Shown: positions 1 through 11,500 of the stretch, piece after piece
How positions within the stretch are numbered: position 1 is the stretch's first letter
Layout of the letters: each line of letters starts with the position of its first letter
Source: Orbicella franksi
Taxonomy: Eukaryota
Reading direction: 5' to 3'
Assembly (NCBI GenBank): GCA_964199315.1
Contig: OZ116703.1
Span: 27,900,001 to 27,964,000 of the forward strand
Length of the DNA: 64,000 nucleotides
Notes under the pieces: model-generated
What the model was told of the DNA's origin: nothing
The model's database searches: none
The model's input: only the letters and a program-made list of their open reading frames with translations
Program-made: the position numbers and the translations under genes

Positions 1-347
1 CTATTTTGACCTAAAAATCCAAATTTGAAGAAAATTGCCGACCCGAAGGTATACTGTAACCTTAAAGATAAATATATTAATATTTTTTAATCCTTCAACT
101 TTGTATAGTCAAAAGACTGCAATTGCACAGGTCAGGGAAGCAAAATCAGCATTGCTCTGATATGAAACTGGAAAAGTGTGCTACAGGCCAAAATGATCTC
201 TACTCACACCAGTTACATTTACAATTTTCATGACTACATGTACAAGAGGCTATCAATACATCATTAATTTCATATTGAAGAAATTTCAAGACCTTTCAAG
301 GGTACAGGTTCTCCTTAGCTACTCAAACATATGAATTAATGCCTCAC

Positions 348-2177
348 CTCTTTTTAAAAATTCAACATTCCTTTTATATTCATAGTCGGCAGATGTTGTA
401 GGCTCTCTTTTGTATGACAGATGAGGACTGCCATTGACCAGTGATGAGCTAGGAGATCCAGACCTTGGAGCACTGCAGAGTGCAGAAGCACATTGATCAA
501 TAAAACAAATAACAGCATACTTCAACACTTTGAAGTTTTCCAAAACCCACACTTCTGCTTAGCCTCCATAGCAGTTGTTTCAAGCCCAAGCACATGAACA
601 ATGAACAAAAGCAAAGGCTTAGGGCACAAAAATGACAAAAAATAGGAAGGAAGGAGGGGCAAGGAAAGTTTTCTTCCCTTCCTTGCCCCTCTCCCTTTCC
701 TATTTGTTTTAGTCACTTTCATGCCCTAAGCCTCTGTATACCTCCCAAACTCATGCGCGCTTGAGGGGGATACGACTGCTATGCAAGCAATCTTGATGTT
801 AAGCGGGGAATGAATGCACATGTGATGGCCTCTAATGATCTTGGAACTTGGGTTATGTACAAATGTGAGTTGATTATCATCTGTGGTTGGTTGTTTACAA
901 ATTCATCCATGGATGCCAAGGTGACGAGTGTAGTGGTATGACAACAGCTAAGCTACGTTTTTCTTTTGCAATTGACATTTTTCGATCAGGAGTAATCGTA
1001 GATTAGGGACTGCCTTTGGTATGTTGTATGGCTGCAGTCTGATCAGGAATGTTACCCTTTGTTTGTGTTCCAATGTGCATGAGGTGTTAACTTCTCAAGA
1101 GTAAATTATAAGTAAATATCTTTGGGATGTGAACTTATTAATTCTTTGACTTATAGAATCAGTAAATTTGAGTCATGACCCAAAATCTTACCATTTGCCA
1201 CCACCGAGCTACATAATCGGTGGGCGTAAGACTTACATGTATTATCTTGACCAAACAATCACTTCAAAGCAAAAAATCTCGCTTTTTCTCGCTCACGTAA
1301 GTCACAAGGAGACAGAGACAAAATTAGAATGCATTCTTGTTACTCTCCAATGCAATTAGAATAGTTTTCATGCCGTCTTAACTTTGATATTTCAACCTAC
1401 TGTCTTTTTATAGTTAAATATTTAGGGTTTACTGTCAAAAAGATCCCAGGGCTTCAATTTTTGTGGAGTTAGTGCCAAGTGCTGACTTACTTAATCACCC
1501 CAGTTATAGGGTGCATTCCTTTGGGGTGATCTGGATTAGGATCAGTGATCCAAGATCACTCGGATCATAGTTCATCAAAGGAACCAATGAATCCGTGACC
1601 AGAGTGGGTTCATCAGTTCCTTCGATGTACCATGATCCGAGTGATCTTGGATCACTGATCCTGATCTAGATCACCCCAAAGGAACGCACCCTATATACGT
1701 GAATATTAGATTTTGACGAAGGGTTCCAGGTGAAATACGAGGATTAAAAATTCACTTGCCCAATTAATCATACATAAGCTTATCTTATTGCGCTGTATTT
1801 AAAATAATCAGCCACCACTTTACGATCTGGATCGGACCAGATGCTAGAAGTAACTACACAAAACAATCCTTCTGAAATTACACAGATTTGTTCCGAAATC
1901 AGCGATATCCATAGGCCTGTGAATTCCCGTGATTTGACGGAAAATACGCGTATGTTGAGCATGTTTAAAAGTAAAGAAATTTACTAACGTTCTCCAATTT
2001 TGATCCATTTGACGTTCCACGTTCATGTTTCTTTGTCCTAAATCAATTAAATCGAAAACATCATTATTGGCTACAAGCCTTTGAGATTGCAAAGATGGAA
2101 TAGAATCGTTCACGTCACCCGAAAACTCGGCAATTCAAATTACCTCTCCGCCTTCCGTGTCCAAAGTGTGTCGCCAT
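348..2177 (-). CDS. Unidentified multi-exon gene, 5' part only (continues off the left edge); tentative exons 2144-2177, 1989-2037, 1884-1916, 348-472
   Basis: Minus-strand AAAATGGCG start context and phase-compatible GT-AG exons give MATHFGHGRRRGQRNMNVERQMDQNWRTPMDIADFGTNLAPRSGSPSSSLVNGSPHLSYKREPTTSADYEYKRNVEFLKR. No recognisable domain; intervening exons may be missed. Confidence 0.35.
1508..1692. mobile_element. Palindromic (hairpin) MITE
   Basis: Long inverted repeat agggtgcattcctttggggtgatc...gatcaccccaaaggaacgcaccct in a TA-rich flank. A second, diverged copy is at ~53165-53335. Confidence 0.8.
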
Positions 2178-2819
2178 TTTGTTTTCAAACTTACAAACCG
2201 ATCGCGGGCGCGCTTTACCTTCCCCATCACGAGAGAAGACGGACAGTTGCTAGGGAACTGCCCATTCTCGTCCCCATAGCCCTTTCGCTTCTCTTAGCAA
2301 AGGCAGTGGGGCCTTGGCTAAGCTCCATTACCAGCCCCTGTTCGCGAAAGGAGTCCGCGCTCCTTCCCCGAAACTTCTCGGGAGCAGGAAGACTGAAGTC
2401 GAGAGAGTGGCGGAAATCGAGCCTAGTCCTGGCAGGAGAAAACGTGTCAAGGCCAACTGAGAGAGGCGAAAAGGATTGGGGACGAAAATGGGTACCCACC
2501 CAGAGTTTGGGACGAGTTGGGGTGGGTTTGTGGTCGGGGTTTGCGGTTAGTGAAGCTACTAGTTATAAAGAATAATAAGAATGAGTATTTTGTTTTCCTT
2601 TCTCTTTATCTTTTTGTTGTAACGTAAGAGGCTGTGGCAGCCTGCAGAATAAGTGTTTTTTTGTTGTTGTTTGTTTTTGTTGTTTTTTTTTTTGTTTAGC
2701 TGATAGTGAGGCCATTTTAGGGGTTTTCGGGATATGGGACTTGGGTAAAAAATTAACTGGAGAGAAGACATTTGGGGGAAAAATTAATGGGATATTTGCC
2801 TCGGAAAAAAATCGGATTA

Positions 2820-3092
2820 TTAAAAACTGGACCATTGGATAATGCAATTCGAGAGTTTTCATTGGCTTAGCCATCATTGGTTATATGAGCCATTATACCA
2901 TGCGCCACAAATATGGTAAGCAAACGCGTGAATTTTGGAAGTTTTTAATTTTTATTTTGGCCTAGTTTAGTAAAACAATTATTCCATTCGCGCTTGTTGG
3001 ATATGAGCTGACTATGGTCAAGTCAGCGATACGCGCCTCGTTGACTATCTACCATCTTGTGTTCAACGCGCTCTCATGGAATAATTGTTAAA
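2820..3092. repeat. Probable interspersed repeat (unclassified)
   Basis: Resembles an abundant coral repeat recalled from memory (cgcgcttgttggatatgag...ggaataattgttaa). Single copy in the window. Confidence 0.4.
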
Positions 3093-3222
3093 CATCGAGT
3101 AGGAAAATCCTTAAATTTGAAACTGGAATAAATGAAATGTCTATGGGATATTTAGGCCAAGCATCATTCCCAGACCCCCCCCCCCCCCCCCCCCACTCTC
3201 TAATGAGGCCTTCATAGCGAGG

Positions 3223-3499
3223 CAGAGTCGCCAACGCTGGGACTCAAATGAGACGTGGATCCGAAAATGAGCTAGATTGAGCCCGGCGCGAGGAAAAATC
3301 CGAAGAGCCTCCAGGAATAAGAGAACTTCAGTTCATACGATTCCCACCGATTCACCAACAGAGTCACCAACGCTGGGACTCAAATGACATGTGACTCAAA
3401 TGAGACGTGAATCCGAGATTGAGCAAGACTGAGTCCGGCGCGAGGAAAAATCCGAAGTGCCTCTAGGAATAAGAGAGCTTCAGTCCATATGATTCCCAC
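3223..3499. repeat. Two-copy diverged direct repeat (~125-140 bp unit)
   Basis: 3223-3347 and 3359-3499 both read cagagtc(g/a)ccaacgctgggactcaaatga...cggcgcgaggaaaaatccgaag...gattcccac. Confidence 0.85.
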
Positions 3500-3689
3500 A
3501 GAAGTCGGTTTAATAGCAATTTATTTTTTATTTACAACAAGACCGGACACATTGAATAAACTTCCGTTGTCATCATTCTCTCCAGTTTGGAGGCAGCATT
3601 ATTTATAAACTCATTTGACCAAATCCGCTTCGGATCTTCGGATAAATATGTACACAATCTCATTTCAACGCTCTACACAGACATCACAG

Positions 3690-4953
3690 TCATCGACTCA
3701 GGTTGCACAGGCCAGTTAGGTTAGGCAGTGAGCCTACTGTCCATTTTTCCAGTGGATGTTCCCTTTTGAACCGCGCGAACTGACAGGCTTGAAGCACCAG
3801 TCTCTCGCTTTCAGAGTCGTTGAATTGGAAGTTTGGTGCCCCGTGTTGCTTTTCTGTCGAGTCGTCGATTGCAGGAGAGCTGGAAAGACAGATAAGAAGA
3901 AGTTAATTGGATCGAAAAAGAAAAATCAATAACAGTAAGACGTCTACGCAGTGGTACGTAGAGGTAAATAATTTAATTTGAAAAAAGAAAGAAAAAACCC
4001 AGCAAATCTTCGATTTTGCTTCAGCCCCTGCCTCAGATCTGACATGTCTGAGATGTTAATGACTTTGAAACTTTTCTTTCCACAGTCATAAAAACTACAG
4101 CAGACAGCCTGAGGAAATTGCATTAATCATGAATGACTCTCCTACCTTGAAGCCTTGAAAGGCTGCTGGGGTTTGTTATTCCTAGCAAGCAGTTTTATTT
4201 CCTCAAGGTAAATCTGCTCCTCCAGAGATTGGATTTGTTGCTCCATTTGAGCTTTCATCTCTGTTAACTTCGCCCTTTCGGACGCAGACATGGAACTACG
4301 AAACCCATGCTTCCTAAAAGAGATGAAAAACGACTTATTAATAACGTTTTTTCTTTTGTTTCTTCTTGTGACATCATAAAAAGATTCAACATTGCTGCCC
4401 GCCGGAATTTTAAAACCCAAACTTATAGACTATTAGCTTGCCATGATCCAATTTTGTTAGACTCTTAAATGGTTTTCTCATATATTTTCGAAGTTATTTT
4501 CCATTATTAACAAGATTTGTTTTAAGAGTAGAGTTTTCCTTCAATATTGAGCAACAGAAGTTATTTCTAGGTAAAACTAAAATTCACCTTGTTGTCAAAA
4601 ACTTAACACAAACTAATTTAAAGGGCTCAAAAGAAAAGAAACTAAGAGACCATTAATTAAAAAAAAAAAAAACTTTAGAGAACGTCTATCACCGATCAAA
4701 ACACTGAAAGAGTATTCATTGTTTAAATTTTGTTGCTCCATAGCGTTCGCACACGTACATAAGAACAGCTTTGCAAAATTATTTAACAGTTCGGGTTAGT
4801 TTTAGTTTTATAGTGCCAAGAAAACACTAGGTTTTTTTTTCCGAATAAAAACCCAGCAAAATGACAGATTTAAATAAACGAAAAATCAACACACCTTTTC
4901 AGTTCCTTTTTCTCTTTTCTCTTTTCTTTATAATAACTCCAAGCAGTTCCCAT
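3690..4953 (-). CDS. Small uncharacterised protein (~138 aa), 3 exons (4895-4953, 4146-4313, 3690-3879), with MGxxxS N-terminus, polybasic patch and coiled-coil-like segment
   Basis: Phase-consistent GT-AG joins give MGTAWSYYKEKRKEKKELKRKHGFRSSMSASERAKLTEMKAQMEQQIQSLEEQIYLEEIKLL...LTGLCNLSR*. Minus-strand AATAAA at ~3520-3532. Confidence 0.55.
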
Positions 4954-5339
4954 TTCGAATGATTTAGCAAGGAAATTTCTCTTTTCACCAAAACGCGTCT
5001 GAAGCGCACGAATTCGTTTTGCCACTGAAATCTCTTTCATTTGTGACATAACAACGGAAGAAAATCGCGCGCGCAAAATTCAGCCAATGAAATTCATTCT
5101 GGTTTGCATCAGGGAAACGCGCGCGCTCGCGTACAAAAAAAGTCTCAGTGGACAGAAATACAGTAATAATGTCATGATAGCATTGATTAGCTGTAGTGGA
5201 CCTCATTCTACTTGCAAGCGGAAAGCTGTACCTCTGTTGGAAACCACTATCTTCCGTTAATAAACTGCAGTTATTTTCAAAAAGTATGCTGTGTGATTGC
5301 AACTAGTTGTATTCATGGTTTCATAGACTACTTGAACGG

Positions 5340-5500
5340 CCGGTAATTCTTTTTTTTTCTTCTTCTTTTTTTTTTTTTTTTTAACTGAAAGAAAATCTCA
5401 AGAAATTTTACTAGATGTGCAAGAGTGTGTCGCTCGGAATTCGAATGAATGCTGGGATAGGTTTAGTCGCGTGACGTCATCGGAAGGGATCGCCATGTTG
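5340..5500. promoter_or_regulatory. Likely bidirectional promoter between the small minus-strand gene and DnaJ-GW182
   Basis: CpG-rich segment with CRE palindrome TGACGTCA (5472-5479), adjacent CGGAAG (ETS-like) and CGCCATGTT (YY1-like) motifs, lying between divergent ATGs at 4953(-) and 5585(+). Confidence 0.5.
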
Positions 5501-5584
5501 GATAAAGCGTTTGAACTGATCGAGTTTAGAAATCTTTGAAATTTGGTGTGGGGTTTTATGGATACCTGAAGAACAACGAGCAGA

Positions 5585-8500
5585 ATGCCAAAAGAAGAGG
5601 AGAAGGAGTACCTTAAGATACTAGGAGTAGATAAATACTCAAATGATAAAGGTAGCTGTTGAATATATCATACGCTTTTGGTACAACAGTACGTACATCA
5701 TAAGGGGTTCACCAAGCAGGAACTTCCGACTCAAAGTGGGCGATGGAGAATGGGTTTCTAGGAAAATTGAACGCACCGGTTTCTCCAAACATACTCTTGA
5801 AAAAGACTTCTCTAAGTCAGTATTTGTTAGAGTCAGGTGGCTTATCGAGAATCTCCCTTTATTTTGCAGATGAGTTCGAAATCAAACGGGCATATAAGAG
5901 ACTTGCGCTTCAATTTCATCCCGACAAGGTATGTACGCAGTGTAATATTGTAAACTTAATTATGGCAGTGCTATCATTTTGTTGCTCTAGCAGCTTTTTT
6001 TGGTGTTTTAAAGTCACTTTTATATCTTCTGTTTGATATTTGCAACCCAGGATTATTATATAGTTTCTAGTTTGTACCATTTGTTCGCCAATAAATGATG
6101 ACCTTGCTGGCTTTCGCTTTTCAGAACCAGAATGACTTCTCGGCAAGAAAGCAGTTCGATGAAGTTAGCAAAGCCTTCGAATTTCTCACTCTAGGTAATA
6201 ACGGACTTTTGTGTGTACACATTTATCCATTAAAGTTAAATATGGATAATCTAGAGGCGTTCTTACAACAATATATGGTTCTTCTAATGCAGGCTTTCCA
6301 TGTACCCGGCCTGTACGGTGACGGCAGGGGTAACAATTTTCGGAGGGTTAGTTCCCGTTATTAGCAGCATTGTTGTGTGATTTTGTGTGATATCACGGTC
6401 TCTTTTCGTTTATTCAGATTACAGAAACGATTCACATCGGCAAGATTATGATCAGGTAAAACTTGCAACTTCCATTTAATTAAAATGTCAAGAGTTTTCA
6501 ACTGAATATGCTTCCGATGACTGACTTTTCTGTTAATGAACACTGTTTTCCCAGAGGTACAGTGTTTAATTTAAAAATGTATGTGCTTTCTTCAGGTTTT
6601 CTTTGACTTTTTACGGGACATATTCGACTGGAAACAAGGTAAATTTTTAAGCGTAAATTTAGTCACGAAGAAGTGTAACTCACGGTGTTGTTGGTTTCGT
6701 GTAACCCAACACAATGCCCTCCTTACGATTCGATGCCATGACTGACACGTAAACAAGGCACAAGTCAGACCGGAAAGCGTTTCTCTGGTTTGTTTTCTTG
6801 TAAATATGCCATCCCGTGACTTTACAATTGAATAAAATAAATACAATCTCGTGACTTTAGCGTTTCTTGCAATTACTTTACATTTCCATTTTTTGTGTGG
6901 TGAATTGCCAATCTACACCGTAATGAACACCAGGAAATCACAGTTTAAATTTATAATGATACTAAGATTTCCCTTTATTTTTCATTTCATAGAATATGAG
7001 CATTATCTGTTCTTCGTTCTTGAAGCAAATGTAGCAATTACTTCTTGTTTCTTCTGATTGAATTCTTCATCAATCGGTGTAAAGAGTACTTATGTTTATT
7101 TGATATGTCTGTCACTATGTTATTATTTGTTCTCTCTTTTGATGTTAAAATGTTACCATTTAGTGCATTCTTTACTTCTGTATAAGCTTGGCACTCTGTT
7201 TAAGTTATTATTATTTACTTATAACTTAGGATCCTTGTAACTAAGACCATGGAGAGCTGACCGTGCGTATATTTTTATGCACATTGCCAGTAAAATTTTA
7301 TGATACACCCAGTTAGAAAAGACAGAAATTGCGTCAAGGGAGCTTTAAGAATATTTTGGGCATTCTGCAATCAAATGTATACAACTTGTGGAATATGTTA
7401 CCATGCAACTACTTGAACTGGGCCACCCAGAAGAAAATTAACCAATCAGAACATAAACTGAGATCTATAAAGTGGTATCTTTTTCATGAATGCAATTGAG
7501 GGTTTGATTGACAAGAAAACATGAATATTATCAACTCTTCTGTGTTTTATACACTCTGTAGATTGAGTCCTTGATGGCAAATTATCATTATCAAACATTT
7601 CACCCGAAAAAATTAGCTTGAAAACTGGTTTTGCGATAACTAAATCAAAACCACTGAAAAGTGCACAAAATTTAGAATCAAAACTAACCAACCAGTAAGT
7701 AGCAAAGTTTCCTTAGAGGTCCACAACACTCCACTCTTTTGTTGGGTTTTCAATTTTGTTTTAGTACTATTGTTTGTATTCTTTAATATTGAATTGGTTT
7801 ATTTATTATTACTTTTTAGCTATCCTTTGTTCTTAAGTATCATTCTGATTGGTTAACTCTTTTCCAAGTGGCCCGGTTTGGGATAGTTGCACTGTTAAAC
7901 ATTTATGATAGATTTGATTGAACTTCTTTCAGTTCTTATTTTCACTGAATGAGTCAAAACAAACTTTGTCTAGTGTGTGACCATTGAAAGCAAAGCTTTT
8001 ATTTATTTTCATGTTGTTTAACTTTGTTGTTTGTTTTCAGATGCTGAAGGTGGCAGTACAAACAACTTTCTCATGTACTTTTGTGGATCAAAACAGCACC
8101 CTTGTTCCTCAGATATGGATTTTGACTCAAGGTGAGAATCATTACACTCTTCTGTACAGCTGTAATTTTTTTAAGGATTCTACTTTGTTTTGTATTAAAA
8201 TCAAATCTGTTCAGCTGTGATCTTTTTAAGGATACTCCTTTGGTTTTTTTTTTTTTTTATCAGCTGTCAAACAGAAGTATTGTTTACTTACAATTTGTTA
8301 ATATACCGTAAACTGTCGCTTTTAAGCGCTTGGCTTATGGATACAACCTCGTAAGGGCTTTTAGATGGGCTTAAAAACAGTAACGTCAATTTTTTCCCTT
8401 GCTATTGAACCCCGAAAGTAACGGTTCCCCTGAAAGTAGCAGCCCACCCGAAAGTAGCAGCCCTCTGAAGAAGTCACTAGAAGAGAAAGTCTCTGTTCTC

Positions 8501-11500
8501 AACCGCAGTTCATGCAGATGGAACAGCCTGACTGCAGGACTGAACATTGACTTGAAGAGCTATCTGTGATTTTACTTTGATCTTGACGGAAACTATGATT
8601 TATGAACTGCATTTGTCTGTATCTGTCTAGCAGCAGAGTCAAATGATACACTGTAGGGTGGTCAGTTGCATTGCGATATAATGCAACCATTATACTTTCA
8701 ATTCGCCCTACAATATCAATCGGTTTAGAGCTTTTTTTTTTTATACAGTCTGCTTTGTTTATACAGTCTGCTTTGTGTATGTTGGCAGTTGGAAACATAC
8801 ATAAACAGAAAGTTTAATTTCCTTTGTTACGCATCTGCTTTGTCTGAAACAACTGTTACTGTGCAAACTTTTTTAACCATCTGAAGGTAACAGCTACCAG
8901 TAAGTAAACGACTACCCGAAAGTAGCGGCCCTTTTTTTGCCTGATAAATCTGAAAGTAATGGAGGCCATTCCTTTGGGAATTCTACGGTAATAGATTTTT
9001 TTGGCTCAGAATCTAATTTGTGGGTTAAATACAAGTAAGATGGTGCCATAAATACTGTCCTGACATACCAGAAATTCTCTGTTATTCCTTCTCTGTGTTG
9101 GATGTGGTTATTTATTTCAAGCCTGTTACTTATTTAATGAGTTAAATATGGTCACTCTGCACCCTAGCACTGAGGTTAAACTTACATTGTAAGCAATGTT
9201 GCTATTCATTGTTGTTGCTGTCAGTTTTAATTGTGATACATGTTTACTCATTGTGGAGGCACGGTGGCCTCATGTTTAGTGCACTCGTCCCTGGATTGAG
9301 TGGTCCGGGTTCGAGCCCTGGCCAGGGACACTGTGTTGTGTTCTCGGGCAAGACACTTAACTCTCACAGGACCTCTCTCCACCCAGGAGTATAAATGGTT
9401 ACTGGTGAATTGTTGTGGAAACTTAACAAATTGCGGGGGAGTGACCTGCAATGGACTAGCATTCTATCCAGGGGGAGTAGAAATACTCCTTGTTGCTTCA
9501 TGCTACAGAAACTGGGATAAGCTCTGGCAGGTATGAGCCAGTCGGCTCCAAGGCTTCACTTATTCTTAGTTTATGTTTACTCATTGATACAGATATCAAG
9601 ATACTGAGGAAGAAGAAGACATTGATGGAGAAAGTGAATTAGACAGTATTATGGAGATAATCAAGGTACAAATTAATAACCTTGTTGTAGTCAATAGTAG
9701 GTGGCTTCCAGCAAAAAGCCTTGCATGTTATGACTTCAACTGGCTACTCTGCTGAGCTTCTCCTGTGATTCTTTAGAAAAAGATGGTAAAATTAGCCACC
9801 TTCTTCAACAGTAAGCCCCCCTACTGTACTCCAAACAGTCATCATGCAACAGAATTTAAATAACACCATCCTATGGTATTGAATAGTCAATAAGTTTATT
9901 TTTGCTCTTGAGAGCAGTAAAGATGCCATTCAGTGACCTAGGGTGAGTGGAATTTCTTTCGAGGGGTGTACATGTATGTAGATCTAAACCCATCGATCTT
10001 GATAAAATGAATTCATGAAACATGTGGCAACTTTTATCTTACTCTCATTAGAATCGCAAAAAGAAAGGCAAACCTGTCCCTGAAGAGTTCAAAGAGGAAA
10101 ATGTAAGTACCTACTGGTAAACCTCTTCAAACATTCCCCTACAATTAACTGTACCTGCGCCTTTCATTTCATTAGATTAGGAACCAGAAAGGAGGAATGT
10201 CGTGTTAAGGGGGGTCCTTCTTAACTACAGATTAAGAGCAGTTGCGAAGGGAATGCTGAAGGCATTATTTACATGAAAACTATTTTGGGGTGTTTTGTAG
10301 TGCTAAGTGTGAATTTTATATGAAGGAACGTTTGCCTTAAAGAAAGTATGATTTTGCTTGAGTAACTAGTGCCAGTCCCAAACTGCTCGTTAGAATTTTA
10401 AATCCCTAAAACTTGGAAGAAAAGAGGAAGAGTTCCTATTTTTCTTAAGAATCAGAAATAACTCAGCCTTCTTTAAAGCAGTATGTACGGAATTACTGTT
10501 TACATGTAAAAGAGGAAAGCCACTGTAGAAGTCTGTTAATATGGGTGTTTATTGCCTTATAACTTTTATGATAATGCGAGTTTCATAAAACCCATACGTA
10601 GCATTAAGTACCTAGACGTTCTTAATCTATTGACACCAATTTAAATTTTTGGATTTAGATGGCTTTTAAGTTTTAGGGTCTTTTTTTATTCTGGTCACAT
10701 GACTGGTCAAATATGGCTGTGATTTGAAACTTTGCAGGACTCTTCAATGGAACTAACCTGTGCAAAACCATATCATTAGGAGGTCTGGTTTTCAAAATAT
10801 GGCAGTTAGAAACCTTCCATAGCAACAAATTCATGACGAAATTGTAGTTAAGAAGGACCCCCCTTGATCCGATCAGTTGGTCCCAGCATCAAGGATCATG
10901 GTTTCTTGTTAAATGGCCATGCATCAAAAGTAATGCAAATCAGGACTTTCATTAAGTTTTGAGTCACCTGCAGTCTTGCTCTGAACACCTGCAACATCAA
11001 GAGCCCATCAACCATACTCAGCCATAGCAGGTGTTATGATTTGTGGCCCTTGTAAACAGCCTTGCAAATGTTGTAGCTGACCAAGCTTGTTACTTAGATT
11101 GACTTGCTTTTCTTTTTCTTCTTGTAAATAATGTTTCATTTGATCATAAAATTATCTTGTCTTATAAGCTGCTGGATATGAAGACCAAGTTAAATCAACA
11201 TAAAGAAGATATGAAGAGGGATGCATCAAAAAAGGTAATGTCTAAGACCCTTTGAGTTGAAACTTGGAATATCATTACTTTCCTAATCTGCAATCACTTA
11301 GGCCATGTTCAACTGGTATTAACTGTTTTAAGTGTGTAAGTTTGGCTGTGTTTCTTTTAAAATTGTTTTGTGTTCAGTTGCTTTTATCCATGCCTACTCT
11401 CCAGGGTTATCCTGGAGTCTTCCAGGTATAAGACCAAATCTAGTCTCCTGTACAGGTCACCAAATCTCCTAGATGTGAAAGAGAGCACTTAATAAGTACA

